From the human T2T-CHM13v2.0 reference genome, Homo sapiens: DNA of 64,000 bases. Positions 63,682-64,000 of the stretch are shown here, piece after piece. Within the stretch, counting starts at the first letter, position 1, and each line of letters opens with the position of its first letter. The DNA lies in NCBI RefSeq assembly GCF_009914755.1, contig NC_060927.1. One strand, written 5' to 3'. A program made the translations under genes and the position numbers. The notes under the pieces are model-generated. The model was not told the DNA's origin, did not search any database, and saw only the letters and a list, made by a program, of their open reading frames with translations.

Positions 63682-64000
63682 TTTATTACTCCATTCTCAC
63701 ACTGCTATAAAAAAAATCTGACACTTGGTAATTTATGAAGAGAAGAGTTTTAATCGACTCACAGTTCTGCAGGCTGTACAGGAAGCATGGCCTCAGGAAA
63801 CTTACAATCATGGCAGAAGGCGAAGGGGAAGCAAGCGTGTGTTACCATGGTGGAGCAGAAGACAGAGAGAAGAAGAAGGAAGTGCCACATACTTTTAAAC
63901 AATCATATCTCGTGATAACTCACTCACTATCACGAGAACAAGGGGGAACTCCACCCCCATGATGCAATCACCTCCCACCAGTTTCCTCACCCAACACTGG
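63682..64000 (-). mobile_element. MSTA-like MaLR LTR, cut by the window edge
   Basis: 'ccattctcacactgctata...cacagttctgcaggctgtacaggaagcatggcctcaggaaacttacaatcatggcagaagg'. Confidence 0.9.

Overview
This is primate, almost certainly human, genomic DNA: an AluYa5 with all five diagnostic bases sits at 26813-27105. It is AT-rich and dominated by interspersed repeats, with no recognisable host protein-coding gene, rRNA, tRNA or CRISPR array. All long ORFs derive from L1, Alu, LTR12 or a purine/pyrimidine microsatellite. Main elements: (1) a four-level nest of old L1M > MST > MER4 > LTR2 at 4.3-6.2 kb; (2) a 5'-inverted (twin-primed) L1PA at 23.1-26.7 kb; (3) a near full-length ancient L1MC-type element at 42-55.8 kb carrying MER1B, three AluJ and a full-length L1PA7-like element; (4) a CpG-rich solo LTR12C at 58.3-59.8 kb pointing leftward; (5) 14 Alus plus MIR, L2 and MaLR remnants. 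I do not see a new protein-coding system. The most interesting signals are several locally templated insertions (repair or integration scars, two copied from the same ~170-bp donor at 39.87-40.03 kb) and candidate minus-strand exons downstream of the LTR12C promoter that could form an LTR-driven lncRNA. Subfamily calls are from recalled consensus sequences and need RepeatMasker/Dfam confirmation; boundaries of ancient repeats are approximate.
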